Part shown: piece after piece, positions 41,426 through 51,420 of the stretch
Numbering within the stretch: the first letter of the stretch is position 1
Layout: each line of letters begins with the position of its first letter
Assembly (NCBI GenBank): GCA_046045965.1
Contig: JBJOKS010000010.1
Span: forward strand, 1 to 64,000
Direction of reading: 5' to 3'
DNA: 64,000 nucleotides
Source of the DNA: Cyanobacteriota bacterium
Lineage (GTDB): Bacteria > Cyanobacteriota > Cyanobacteriia > Cyanobacteriales > Nostocaceae
The notes under the pieces: model-generated
Seen by the model: the letters and a program-made list of their open reading frames with translations, nothing else
Databases searched by the model: none
What the model was told of the DNA's origin: nothing
Translations under genes and position numbers: made by a program

Positions 41426-41692
41426 ACTTCAGGATTACGTCATAATTTTGAGATATAGAGGTGTATTTGAAGCATCTCTATATTTTTTATAAATTTCTGG
41501 AACTATCTGGGGCTGGCGGTAAAGTTCTGTGGGTTATGCTGAGATTGAGGTTTGAGGTCAGCTATAAAAAAGGGTTTGTATGGAAATATAGGTATAAAAG
41601 CAGGGAACAAGTAACAGAGAGTTTGATAATTTATGAATCAAATGTATAATTAATCTGGCTCAGGTACTTATTAATCAGCATTAAAAAATCAC

Positions 41693-42535
41693 ATGAAAAA
41701 TTTCAAATTAGTTTTTCCTCAATTTTTCAACGAGAAAACTCGCTATAATTTAAGGAATTTAGTATATTTAAGAATGCTAACCCCTTATTTTTCACAAAAT
41801 GCTGTCTTCATATTTGGATCTCAAAGAAGCGGAAATACACTCCTTCTTTCGGTACTAAATGCCCATCCACAAATTGTTGGTGTAGATGAAACAGAATTTT
41901 CTACTCCCTATCCTTTCCCATCTGCACAACGACTCATTGCTAATAGTTTATTCAATCAACTTTATTGTTATAAAATTCTTGAACATTCAAATAAAGTTGA
42001 ATTTATGAAAAAATACTATCCAAAGGCTAAAATAATATGGCCTGTTAGACATCCCTATGGTGTTGTATCCTCGATGCGTCGCTTATTATCTCAAGGTAAA
42101 TCTTGGATTGAACGTTGTGCAATCACAGAAATTGAAAGATTAAGACCATTTTATCCTCAAGAATTAGCAAAGTGGGATTTAGAACAATTATCAGAAGTAG
42201 AAATAGCTGCTATTTATTGGTTTTATAAAAACAAATTTCTGCAAATTTTGCTTGATGAAGGTTTTGATGTTTTATCATTTAAATACGAGGATCTTTTAGA
42301 AGATAACAAAACAACCTTAGAAGAAATAATTTCGTTTCTAGGTCTCAGATGGAGTGAAGATGTAATCAGTTATCATAAAATAAATGCTAATAAAACTTTA
42401 GCAGGAGGTACTAAAATGAATTCACCTTTGGACATAACAAGAGCTAAAGGATATGAAGGTCTGAATGATAATGATAAAGAAAAAATATACTCTATCTGTG
42501 AACCTTTAATGAAAACTTATGGCTATATTGATTAG
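41693..42535 (+). CDS. Sulfotransferase family protein
   Basis: G.QRSGNTLL 5'-PSB loop, R.P..V.SS 3'-PB motif, KYEDL. Confidence 0.85.
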   Translation: MKNFKLVFPQFFNEKTRYNLRNLVYLRMLTPYFSQNAVFIFGSQRSGNTLLLSVLNAHPQIVGVDETEFSTPYPFPSAQRLIANSLFNQLYCYKILEHSNKVEFMKKYYPKAKIIWPVRHPYGVVSSMRRLLSQGKSWIERCAITEIERLRPFYPQELAKWDLEQLSEVEIAAIYWFYKNKFLQILLDEGFDVLSFKYEDLLEDNKTTLEEIISFLGLRWSEDVISYHKINANKTLAGGTKMNSPLDITRAKGYEGLNDNDKEKIYSICEPLMKTYGYID

Positions 42536-42825
42536 CATTGGTTGATGTTCAAGTTACTACAGCATCAACTTTATGTATGGGCAAAATTAGATATTGAAAT
42601 GATCCAAAAATGAGTGCAAACTTTAGGCACAAGTCCCAATATCATTGAAACTTAACTGATGTTCTGGACTTCTGCTACAGCAGACTTACTACCAACATAA
42701 TTTGTGATGACATTTTTCAATCAAAGTTTTAAATATAATGGCATCCCTAATGTAAGTTATGTAGCTTGTAAGTGCTAAATCGTTTTTCTCTATTCCCCAT
42801 GCTCCAATCTGCAAGCAAAAATTTT

Positions 42826-44010
42826 ATGGATTCCAACCCCGCACTCTGTCAAGCTATAGCCAGTCGTATAGCTGCAAGTCCCCAACAGCGCATTACCTTT
42901 GCTGAATACATGGACTTGGTTCTATACCACCCAGAAAAAGGCTATTATGCCAGCGATGCTGTGAAAATTGGGTTTCGGAGTGGCGATTTTTTTACCTCTG
43001 TCAGTTTAGGGGCTGACTTTGGGGAATTACTAGCATTACAATTTTTACAGATATGGGAAATTTTAGGGCAACCACAGCCTTTTCACCTTGTAGAAATGGG
43101 AGCAGGTCAAGGTATTTTAGCATCTCATATTCTCAATTACCTAAAACTACACCATCCAGATTTTTTTACTGCGCTGGAATACATCATTGTTGAAAAATCT
43201 CCTTTTCTTAAACAAGAACAACAACAACGTTTACAGGAGTTTGCTGTCAGGTGGTGTAATTTGCCGGAAATAGCCCCAAACTCCATTATCGGCTGTTTTT
43301 TTTCTAATGAGTTAGTAGATGCCTTTCCCGTGCATCAGTTCACAGTAGAAGCGGGAAAATTGCAAGAAATTTATGTCACCATTCAAGAAGATGGGGAAAA
43401 TGATATTCCTGATCCTTCATTTATAGAAGTAGTAGGGGAAGCATCTACACCGCAGTTAGCAGAATATTTGCAATTAGTGGGAATTGATATAAGCCAAAAT
43501 ACTTATGATGATGGTTATCGTAGTGAAATTAATTTAGCCGCTCTTGACTGGTTGGGTATAGTGGCAGACTGCTTGCAACGCGGGTATGTGTTAACAATTG
43601 ATTATGGCTACCCTGCCAGCCGTTATTATCACCCCAGGCGATCGCAAGGAACTCTACAATGCTACTACCAACATCGTCATCATAATAACCCATACATCAA
43701 CATCGGAAAACAAGATATCACCGCCCATGTTGATTTTACAGCTTTAGAAGTATGGGGTAAAAGGTACGGTTTAAATCCAATTGGTTGGACACAACAAGGT
43801 TTATTTTTGATGGCCTTGGGTTTAGGAGCAAGAATAGCTGCCCTTTCCTATCAGCAACAATCAATATCACAGCTACTACAACGCCGGGAAGCACTACACC
43901 AACTGATCGATCCCACGGGAATAGGTAACTTTGGGGTTCTATTACAAAGCAAGGGATTGACAGAAACACAAAGCCAGCGATCGCTCCAAGGATTAACTAT
44001 ACCAGAGTAG
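42826..44010 (+). CDS. NDUFAF7/MidA family SAM-dependent methyltransferase
   Basis: ITFAEYM..LY.P..GYY, GDFFT, EMGAGQG, NELVDAFP, IDYG, QDITAHVDF. Confidence 0.92.
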   Translation: MDSNPALCQAIASRIAASPQQRITFAEYMDLVLYHPEKGYYASDAVKIGFRSGDFFTSVSLGADFGELLALQFLQIWEILGQPQPFHLVEMGAGQGILASHILNYLKLHHPDFFTALEYIIVEKSPFLKQEQQQRLQEFAVRWCNLPEIAPNSIIGCFFSNELVDAFPVHQFTVEAGKLQEIYVTIQEDGENDIPDPSFIEVVGEASTPQLAEYLQLVGIDISQNTYDDGYRSEINLAALDWLGIVADCLQRGYVLTIDYGYPASRYYHPRRSQGTLQCYYQHRHHNNPYINIGKQDITAHVDFTALEVWGKRYGLNPIGWTQQGLFLMALGLGARIAALSYQQQSISQLLQRREALHQLIDPTGIGNFGVLLQSKGLTETQSQRSLQGLTIPE

Positions 44011-44205
44011 GGGTGATTGGTGACTGGGGACTGGCGACTCTTTACTGGGGACTGGGTAAAAACTAAATTCTTACTATTGCCTTTTGCCTTTTGCCTCCTG
44101 ACTCCTGACATTAAAACTATATTTGGTGAATCCTGATATCCGTCTTTATTGGACTAGGATAACAGTGATTACTTTAAAGTTAAAAACCTTGGGAAAGCAA
44201 TAACT

Positions 44206-44301
44206 ATGAATGCTCACGATTTGATTGTGTTAGTAACTCTACTTAGCCCCGGTATCTTACTTTCAGTTGTAATTATGGCCACTTTTGCCGCAGGAGGATA
44301 G
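44206..44301 (+). CDS. Unannotated 31-aa hydrophobic peptide MNAHDLIVLVTLLSPGILLSVVIMATFAAGG
   Basis: ATG to TAG with a purine-rich GGGAAAG upstream, single-TM composition, stop directly followed by STRR as for neighbouring genes. Confidence 0.6.
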   Translation: MNAHDLIVLVTLLSPGILLSVVIMATFAAGG

Positions 44302-44391
44302 GTGACAGGGAACAGGTGACAGGTGACAGTAAAAAGGAAAGGGAGCAGGAAGGAATAAAATTCTTTACCTATTCCCTATTCCCTTTTTTCC

Positions 44392-44432
44392 CAATGACCA
44401 ATGACCAATGACCAATGACCAATAACCAATGA
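44392..44432. repeat. STRR2-type repeat CAATGAC
   Basis: About 5 copies. Confidence 0.88.
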
Positions 44433-44448
44433 CTAAGGAAAGTGAAAC

Positions 44449-45327
44449 ATGAAGGTGGCATTTCTGGGAACTGGATTGATGGGACTACCGATGGCTCAAA
44501 GGTTATTAGCTGCAAATATAGAGCTAATTGCTTACAACCGCACCCCAGAAAAATTAGCACCACTACAAGCAGCAGGGGCTGAAATTGCCACAAAACCGCG
44601 TCAAGCAATTCGTTCTGCTGACTGTATCATTCTCATGCTATCCAACGCCGCAGCGATTTATCATGTCTTGCTCACAGATACTTCTTGGCATACTTTATCA
44701 GGACGCAGCATCATTCAAATGGGGACAATTACTCCCCTAGAAAGCCAAGAAATCAGAGATGCGGTAGTGGCAGCAGGTGGTGAGTATATAGAAGCGCCTG
44801 TACTCGGTAGTATCCCAGAAGCTGAAACTGGCAAATTAATTGTCATGGTCGGTGGTGAACAAGAACAGTATCAACGCCATGTCAAGTTACTGGAACATTT
44901 TGGAGCTAATCCTGTATACATAGGTCCTGTAGGATCTGCATCATCCCTGACTCTAGCACTCAATCAACTCATTGCTTCCCTCACTACTAGCTTTGCCCTG
45001 AGTCTGGCTTTTGTCCAGTTGCAAGGTATTGATGTAGACTTATTTATGCAAATCCTGCGCGAAAGTAAACTTTATGCGCCTACCTTTGATCAAAACCTGA
45101 AACGGATGTTAGATGGCAATTATACCAAGGCCAACTTACCCACCAAGCAATTGATCAAAGAAATAGATTTATTTATCTCTGAAGCTAAATCCCTTGGTTT
45201 GAATCTCAGCAGTATTGAGGGTGTAAAACACATCTTACAGTCAGCAATGAATATGTCCTATCCAGAAGATGATTACTCTTCTGTTTTCCCCGCTATTCGT
45301 GAATGGGGTGAAGCCAGCGGAGAGTAG
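44449..45327 (+). CDS. NAD(P)-dependent beta-hydroxyacid dehydrogenase family protein
   Basis: FLGTGLMG.PMA, YNRT, EAPVLGS. Confidence 0.9.
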   Translation: MKVAFLGTGLMGLPMAQRLLAANIELIAYNRTPEKLAPLQAAGAEIATKPRQAIRSADCIILMLSNAAAIYHVLLTDTSWHTLSGRSIIQMGTITPLESQEIRDAVVAAGGEYIEAPVLGSIPEAETGKLIVMVGGEQEQYQRHVKLLEHFGANPVYIGPVGSASSLTLALNQLIASLTTSFALSLAFVQLQGIDVDLFMQILRESKLYAPTFDQNLKRMLDGNYTKANLPTKQLIKEIDLFISEAKSLGLNLSSIEGVKHILQSAMNMSYPEDDYSSVFPAIREWGEASGE

Positions 45328-45445
45328 GTGACTGGTGACTGGTGACTGGTGACTGGGGAGATTTATGATTTTCCATCACAAAATACGTACAGATTTTACA
45401 GGATTAATTAGTTTCCCAATTCCCAATCACCAATTACCAATCACC

Positions 45446-45958
45446 TTAAAATGGGATGTCGTCTGGATCAGGTTCTGCTTCTGTTACGGGTTGATAGGAT
45501 GGAGGTTGAGAACTTGCTGGTTGATAGACAGGTTCGGGGATTGTGGGCTGAGGTGCTGGATTTGTAAAAGTTGTAGTTGGGGTTGGTGCTGGACTGCTGG
45601 GTTGATGATATACAATCTCTGGGAGACGTTGTGCTGGTGGTTGATTCGTCTGTACACCTTTGCCCATAGCATGAATTCGTTGTACTGTCAACTCAGCACG
45701 TTTTTCTTTAAAACCTTCGGGGCGTTCAACAGTATTCATACCTAAGCGTCCTTCGATGATCACGCGATCGCCTGGATGATAAGTTTGATGAATTTCTTTG
45801 GCCAAATTACCCCAACTTACCACTTTCAATGGATGGGAAGGATCATCTGGGCGCACTCCTGAAACATGGACTATCATTTCTGTGACTTCCAACCCGTCTG
45901 GTGTATGACGCAGTTGGGGAGCATCATAAATTTCCGCCATTAAAATACAACTGTTCAT
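45446..45958 (-). CDS. ssb: Single-stranded DNA-binding protein (cyanobacterial type, Pro-rich linker)
   Basis: OB-fold (PQLRHT, WGNLA, IEGRL), acidic DDIPF tail; RBS GAGGAGG before the ATG at 45958. Confidence 0.92.
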   Translation of the reverse strand: MNSCILMAEIYDAPQLRHTPDGLEVTEMIVHVSGVRPDDPSHPLKVVSWGNLAKEIHQTYHPGDRVIIEGRLGMNTVERPEGFKEKRAELTVQRIHAMGKGVQTNQPPAQRLPEIVYHQPSSPAPTPTTTFTNPAPQPTIPEPVYQPASSQPPSYQPVTEAEPDPDDIPF

Positions 45959-46051
45959 ATAGTTTATTTCCTCCTCATCAATCAAACTTTACAATATTTA
46001 GGATTTAGTAAATCAATTCTCATGTCTCAATTTAACTTAACATTTTGAACA

Positions 46052-46117
46052 CAAAAAACAAAAGTCAAGGGAGAACGTTGAACCACCATGAATAGCTGTT
46101 CAAGCTCTCCACCTGAC
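46052..46117 (-). terminator. Long hairpin plus U-tract upstream of ssb (terminator or attenuator)
   Basis: Arms GTCAAGGGAGAACGTTGAAC and GTTCAAGCTCTCCACCTGAC with an A-run on the left. Confidence 0.6.
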
Positions 46118-46142
46118 CGAAACGAGCATTTAATTCTGCAAT

Positions 46143-46156
46143 AGTACAAATATACC
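46143..46156. promoter_or_regulatory. Possible cyanobacterial LexA box
   Basis: AGTACAAATATACC, one mismatch to RGTACNNNDGTWCB; upstream of ssb. Confidence 0.4.
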
Positions 46157-46165
46157 ACTAAATTG

Positions 46166-47380
46166 TTAAATCTGAACATGAACCGGAAAAACACCCAAAG
46201 CAATTAACCTCGCCGGAAGATCCCGTAAAATAGGTAAGCGTAGCCAAAAAGGTGGCTTAAAAGTTTGATTTTCCGTGAGAATAGGGGCAAAGATCCGCTT
46301 TTGGATCAAAGTCTGAAATGCTTGAATCAGGCGTGTAGGAAACTCTCGACGCTGCTGCACTTTGGCTAAATCGCTGATTTCAACATGATGCTTTTTCAGT
46401 GATTGACTCAGTAAATTAGCGGTGACAACGGCATCCTGAATTGCATAATTGATACCCACACCACCCACGGGGGACATAACATGAGCTGCATCGCCAATAA
46501 GCAGTAGTCCTGGATGATACCAGCATTTAACGCGACTAGACTCAACAGACAAAAAAGCTATCTGTGACCAATCTTGTAAAATTTCAATGCGATTATTTAA
46601 TTCTGGTACTACCTCAATGATAGAATTTTTTAACGTTGCCAAACCAGCTGCACGCAATTTTTGATAACCACCTTTGGGGATCACATAACCAAGTTGCCAT
46701 TCCTCACCCCGGTCTAGCATCACCACAATTTTACCAGCACCGAAACGTCCCATACCCCCAGTAAATTCTTCTGGTTGACGAGGGAGACGAAACCAGAGGA
46801 CATCCATAGGTGGTGAAGTTTCTACAGACTCAAAACCGCCTAATTGTCTTAATTTGGAATGACGGCCATCTGCTCCTACTGTCAGTGTAGCTCGGACTTC
46901 AAGCCAGCCACCTTGTCCACGATAACGCACACCTTGAATTATGCCATTTTCTTCAATTAATTCTTGGACATTTGCACCCATGACTAAATGAAAATTTGGG
47001 TATTTTTCGGCTTCTTGGCTGATAAATTCCAAAAAGCGCACCTGGGGCAGCATTATGATATAGGGATAGCGGGTTTTTAGGTGACTAAAATCTGCCAAAG
47101 TAACAGTATCTTGGGGAGTTTTTACGCTGAGGTGTTGCATTTTTGTGTGGGGTAATTGTAAAATGCGATCGCTCAAATTTAACTCTTCCATAATTTGCAT
47201 TACCGATGGGTGAATAGTATCACCCCGAAAATCCCGATCAAAATCTTTATGTGCTTCCAGCAATGTCACCGCAATACCCTGACGCGCTAAAAGTAAAGAT
47301 AATACAACTCCAGCCGGTCCACCACCAACAATACAACAATCAGTAGTTTTTATGTCTACAATTTCGTGATTTTTATTCAT
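46166..47380 (-). CDS. FAD-dependent oxidoreductase (UbiH-like monooxygenase)
   Basis: GGGPAG, GADGRHS, IGDAAH.MSP.GG.GIN.AIQDA. Confidence 0.92.
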   Translation of the reverse strand: MNKNHEIVDIKTTDCCIVGGGPAGVVLSLLLARQGIAVTLLEAHKDFDRDFRGDTIHPSVMQIMEELNLSDRILQLPHTKMQHLSVKTPQDTVTLADFSHLKTRYPYIIMLPQVRFLEFISQEAEKYPNFHLVMGANVQELIEENGIIQGVRYRGQGGWLEVRATLTVGADGRHSKLRQLGGFESVETSPPMDVLWFRLPRQPEEFTGGMGRFGAGKIVVMLDRGEEWQLGYVIPKGGYQKLRAAGLATLKNSIIEVVPELNNRIEILQDWSQIAFLSVESSRVKCWYHPGLLLIGDAAHVMSPVGGVGINYAIQDAVVTANLLSQSLKKHHVEISDLAKVQQRREFPTRLIQAFQTLIQKRIFAPILTENQTFKPPFWLRLPILRDLPARLIALGVFPVHVQI

Positions 47381-47449
47381 AAAACCTCCTGAAAACCAAG
47401 CATGATCAATTTTTTCTGGAGATGCTACAAAAATTGTCTATTTCTTTAA

Positions 47450-47530
47450 TAAGTAGGACACAGAATAAATCCCTGGCTTATTTGACAAGTCTCTTATTTG
47501 GGTATTACGTTTTTTAAGTTGAGCTACTTA
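47450..47530. mobile_element. Short MITE-like element
   Basis: TAAGTAG...CTACTTA terminal inverted repeat, like the end of the 29307-29514 element. Confidence 0.45.
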
Positions 47531-47885
47531 TGAAAAATCCTCTGCAGATGTTTCACAACAGTCTCTATAATTAAACTAACTCAAATTTTCAAGAATAACT
47601 AAACTCTTGCCGGTTCGGGAATATATAACATTTCTCAATCATCAATTCTGCGGACACGCTACACGTAACCCAACAATATCCCCGACTTCTTGAAGAAATT
47701 GGGAATATGATATAATTAGTAGATTTATGGTATTTTAGGAATTTTTTAGGGATTTTTAGGTAACTAATGGCTTTTTGTAACAATGGATTACCTTTACTGG
47801 ACTAATAGAAAACTTTTGCTACCCACTAGAGCGCAAATCCAGTTATAATTTATTGCTGTCTGATACCTGTGTCGGAGTTTTACTA

Positions 47886-48755
47886 ATGACCACTCAATCT
47901 ACCCTCAATGAAGTAGCCAAAAATTTAGAACAGCATGAAAACTCAACCCGGATTAAAAAATTAATATATTGTGCTTGTACACATGATTGGCAGAATGATC
48001 AAAATATACTAGACAACTTTAAATTAACTGAATTAATTCAGGAATTGTACAGTTTTAACCCAACCATAGAACACTTGAATTATACTTTTTATCAAATTGT
48101 CAATACCCTAAGTAAACCACGCGAATACTCTCTAATTGCCAATATCATTTTAAATGAAATAGAGAAACTCTATGTAATCAATGAGGAATTAACAGGAATA
48201 ATATTTAATCAACCGCAGCAAGAAATATCAACAAATACTCGCGATGAATTTACAGGCTATCAAATCAAATATGAATATAATAAATTTGATTTAAGGCAGA
48301 ATATTATGCAGTATACTAATCCACTCAGAGCTAAATTAGTTCTATTTTTTGCTCTTGACAATAAGATTGATTTCTTAGAAGACTGGAACAAACTGAAGGC
48401 TGAAGAACTGGATGGTTTATTGGAGAAATTATTTGATTCTTGTGCAACTATCAGAGAACTAGAATTTCAACTAAATAATGCAGTTATATCTCTAGGTAAC
48501 CAGTATGAAGACTCTCAAGCCGCAGGTGCAATTATGCAATCTATGCAGGGTTTTTATAGCGATATTCCATCAAATCAAAATCAAAATCAACCGCTTAAAA
48601 AATCCTTATCTGAAGAAACTACTAGTACCATCGCTAATTCTTCCCATCAAATAACTTCATCTGATAATGATAGCGATATCTATGAAAATGACAAAGATAG
48701 CACCTGTCAACTTATAGCACCTCCTACACCATATCCATTCAATAGAAAAGCATAA
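47886..48755 (+). CDS. Conserved cyanobacterial hypothetical protein
   Basis: RIKKL..C...W.ND and FDLR..IM.YTNPLRAK segments; long intact ORF. Confidence 0.75.
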   Translation: MTTQSTLNEVAKNLEQHENSTRIKKLIYCACTHDWQNDQNILDNFKLTELIQELYSFNPTIEHLNYTFYQIVNTLSKPREYSLIANIILNEIEKLYVINEELTGIIFNQPQQEISTNTRDEFTGYQIKYEYNKFDLRQNIMQYTNPLRAKLVLFFALDNKIDFLEDWNKLKAEELDGLLEKLFDSCATIRELEFQLNNAVISLGNQYEDSQAAGAIMQSMQGFYSDIPSNQNQNQPLKKSLSEETTSTIANSSHQITSSDNDSDIYENDKDSTCQLIAPPTPYPFNRKA

Positions 48756-48824
48756 ATGACAATTATAAACCATTATTGAGTCTAGGAAAACTTGAGAACC
48801 TTATAGTAATTGAAAAGCAAAGAT

Positions 48825-49817
48825 ATGGATGCCAATGAACTTCTGAAGAGATATGCAGATGGAGAAACAAAATTTATTGAAGCCCAACTCAGTGGCGTAA
48901 ATCTATTTGGTGCAGACTTGATAGGTGTAGTCTTAAATCAGGCAGATTTGAGTAATGCTATCCTAATTTTTACCTATCTGAGTCGAGCAATTTTGAATAG
49001 AGCAAATCTAAATTATAGCAACCTTAGTGGTGCTAATTTAAATCAGGCAAGTTTAATCAAAGCTAACTTGCATGATGCTGATTTGCATGGTGCGAGTTTA
49101 CAGGGTGCTAATTTGCAAAATGCTGATTTAACCTTAGCAGATATGCTAGATGCTAACTTAATGAATGCCGATTTGCGAGGTGCTAATCTCAGTGGTGCTA
49201 ATCTTACAGGTGTGTGTATGCGTGGTGCTAACCTGCGAGAAGAAAAGAGAGTTTTCACTGCTATTTTACTGGGTGCTAACTTGCATAAAGCTGACTTACG
49301 AGGTGCTGACTTAACTGGAGCAAATTTAAGTAAAGTTAATCTCAGTGGTGCTAATTTGAGTGAAGCAACATTGCGTGGTGTTAATCTGAGTGGTGCTAAC
49401 TTGAGTGAAGCAATTTTAAATAATGCTTCTCTGAGTGATATTAATTTAAGTGGTGCTAATTTATCAGGTGCTAACTTGATGAATTCCAGACTAGAACGTG
49501 CAAATCTGATAGATGCCGAACTTGCAGATATTAATTTGTATGGTGCGCTGATGGCAGATGCTAAACTGACTAGAGCGAAAATGAATGGAGCAAACCTGAG
49601 TTTTGCTAGACTCAGTAGAGCAGATTTAAGTCGCGCTATCCTGCGGGGAGCTAATCTTATGGAAGCAGACTTAGTTGATGCCTATCTTGCTAGAACAGAC
49701 TTGACAAATGCTAATTTAAATAAGGCAAATCTGTTCAGAGCAGAAATGAGTAGCGCAAATCTGATGGGTGCTAATTTGCGAGAAGCAGTAATGTCTGATG
49801 GCACAATTAAATATTAA
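48825..49817 (+). CDS. Pentapeptide repeat protein
   Basis: MDANELLKRYA.GE start and about 60 A(D/N)Lxx repeats. Confidence 0.95.
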   Translation: MDANELLKRYADGETKFIEAQLSGVNLFGADLIGVVLNQADLSNAILIFTYLSRAILNRANLNYSNLSGANLNQASLIKANLHDADLHGASLQGANLQNADLTLADMLDANLMNADLRGANLSGANLTGVCMRGANLREEKRVFTAILLGANLHKADLRGADLTGANLSKVNLSGANLSEATLRGVNLSGANLSEAILNNASLSDINLSGANLSGANLMNSRLERANLIDAELADINLYGALMADAKLTRAKMNGANLSFARLSRADLSRAILRGANLMEADLVDAYLARTDLTNANLNKANLFRAEMSSANLMGANLREAVMSDGTIKY

Positions 49818-49949
<132 letters not shown>

Positions 49950-49954
49950 ATATA

Positions 49955-51295
49955 TTATTCCCCAGTAATAGAGAGTTCACTTACCCAAACTCTGGGACAA
50001 ACACCTGCTGGTGTTAACTCCGCTTCTTTCTCCACATAAACAATAGATTTCAAGACTTCCAAAAAATCACCAGCTACCGTTGCTGACTCAATACTGGTTT
50101 TTTCACCTTTATTAATTAACCAACCATCAAAAGGCAAAGAAAACGAACCTTGTAAAGCCTTAACACCTGCATGGAGAGCTTGTAAATCATCAATTAAAAT
50201 CACATTTTCGGCAGTTTCTAAACTCAATTCTTTCTCTGCTGTTCCTGCGGCAAAAACATGATAAAAATTAGGACCCACGCTCACCTTTGCACCAATACTA
50301 GCATTACCTGTAGGTTGAGCATTTAACCGTTTTGCAGTTCCCGCACTGTGGAGAAAACTGGATAAAACACCATTTTCAATTAACTTCACCTGACGGGTTG
50401 GTGTACCTTCACCATCAAAACTTTCAGCACCAATATTTGCAGGGTGTAAAGCATCATCATAAACTGAAAGTAAAGGTGAAGCAATTTGTTTACCAATATC
50501 ATCAGCTTTTGATAAACTTTGATTATCAAGAATACTTTGGGCATTAAATAAATTAGAAAATGCACCCAATAAACTCAAAAAAGCTTCAGGAGCAAAAACC
50601 ACCTGATATTTGCCAGTTTTGATTTTTTCATAATGCAAATGACTGATAGTTTTATCAGCAGTTTCTTTAATGCAACCTGAAATATCTAAATCCGCTACAC
50701 TTTCCTTAACTCGATATGCTCCTGCACTGCGGGGTTTTTTACCTTCTTCCTCAGTTTTACTGTAAAGATAAACTGAAGCTAAAGAATGAGATTCAGTTCT
50801 TAAAGCACCATCACTGTTGAGATAAAAACGGTCAATATCTCTTTGTGCTAAACCATTATAAGGTACTCCTTTAATAGCCGGATGAGCAGCTAAAAGTTCT
50901 TTTTCTGCTACTAATAATTTTTCAATTAGTTCAGAAACAGGTGCTTGAAGTGCTTTTTCTTTAGGTGTGTATTCGATGGGAATAGTTGCTTCTGGACTAA
51001 AATCAGGAACATTTTCTTTTACACCAAAAAAACTAGCTTCGTAAGCTGTTTGTAAAGCTAATTCTAAGCCTTTGGGGTCTACATCTGTGGTGCTGGTGAC
51101 ACCCATTGTATTTTCTTCATTCCAAACCCGAACTGTGACACCAGAACGGTTGGAAGCTTTCACTTGTTTGGGTTCACCTTGGTCAACTTGAACGCTGGTA
51201 TCGTCTACGGTTGAACCGTAAATGTCGAATTTTTTAATGCCTAATTTGGCAGCGTTTTCTTGAGCGTATTGAGCAATTTCTTCTATTTTTGGCAT
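49955..51295 (-). CDS. pmbA: TldE/PmbA family protein
   Basis: FDGEGTP, PTGNA, GSFS; lacks HExxxH; downstream of tldD. Confidence 0.88.
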   Translation of the reverse strand: MPKIEEIAQYAQENAAKLGIKKFDIYGSTVDDTSVQVDQGEPKQVKASNRSGVTVRVWNEENTMGVTSTTDVDPKGLELALQTAYEASFFGVKENVPDFSPEATIPIEYTPKEKALQAPVSELIEKLLVAEKELLAAHPAIKGVPYNGLAQRDIDRFYLNSDGALRTESHSLASVYLYSKTEEEGKKPRSAGAYRVKESVADLDISGCIKETADKTISHLHYEKIKTGKYQVVFAPEAFLSLLGAFSNLFNAQSILDNQSLSKADDIGKQIASPLLSVYDDALHPANIGAESFDGEGTPTRQVKLIENGVLSSFLHSAGTAKRLNAQPTGNASIGAKVSVGPNFYHVFAAGTAEKELSLETAENVILIDDLQALHAGVKALQGSFSLPFDGWLINKGEKTSIESATVAGDFLEVLKSIVYVEKEAELTPAGVCPRVWVSELSITGE

Positions 51296-51420
51296 GATTT
51301 TGGATTTTAGATTTTTGAACGCAGATGTAGCTTGCTTCCCGAAGGGTACGCAGACAAACGCAGATGATATGGTTTATCTGTTTTCATCTCCATGATTTTG
51401 ATTTGTTGTATTTGTTGTTT

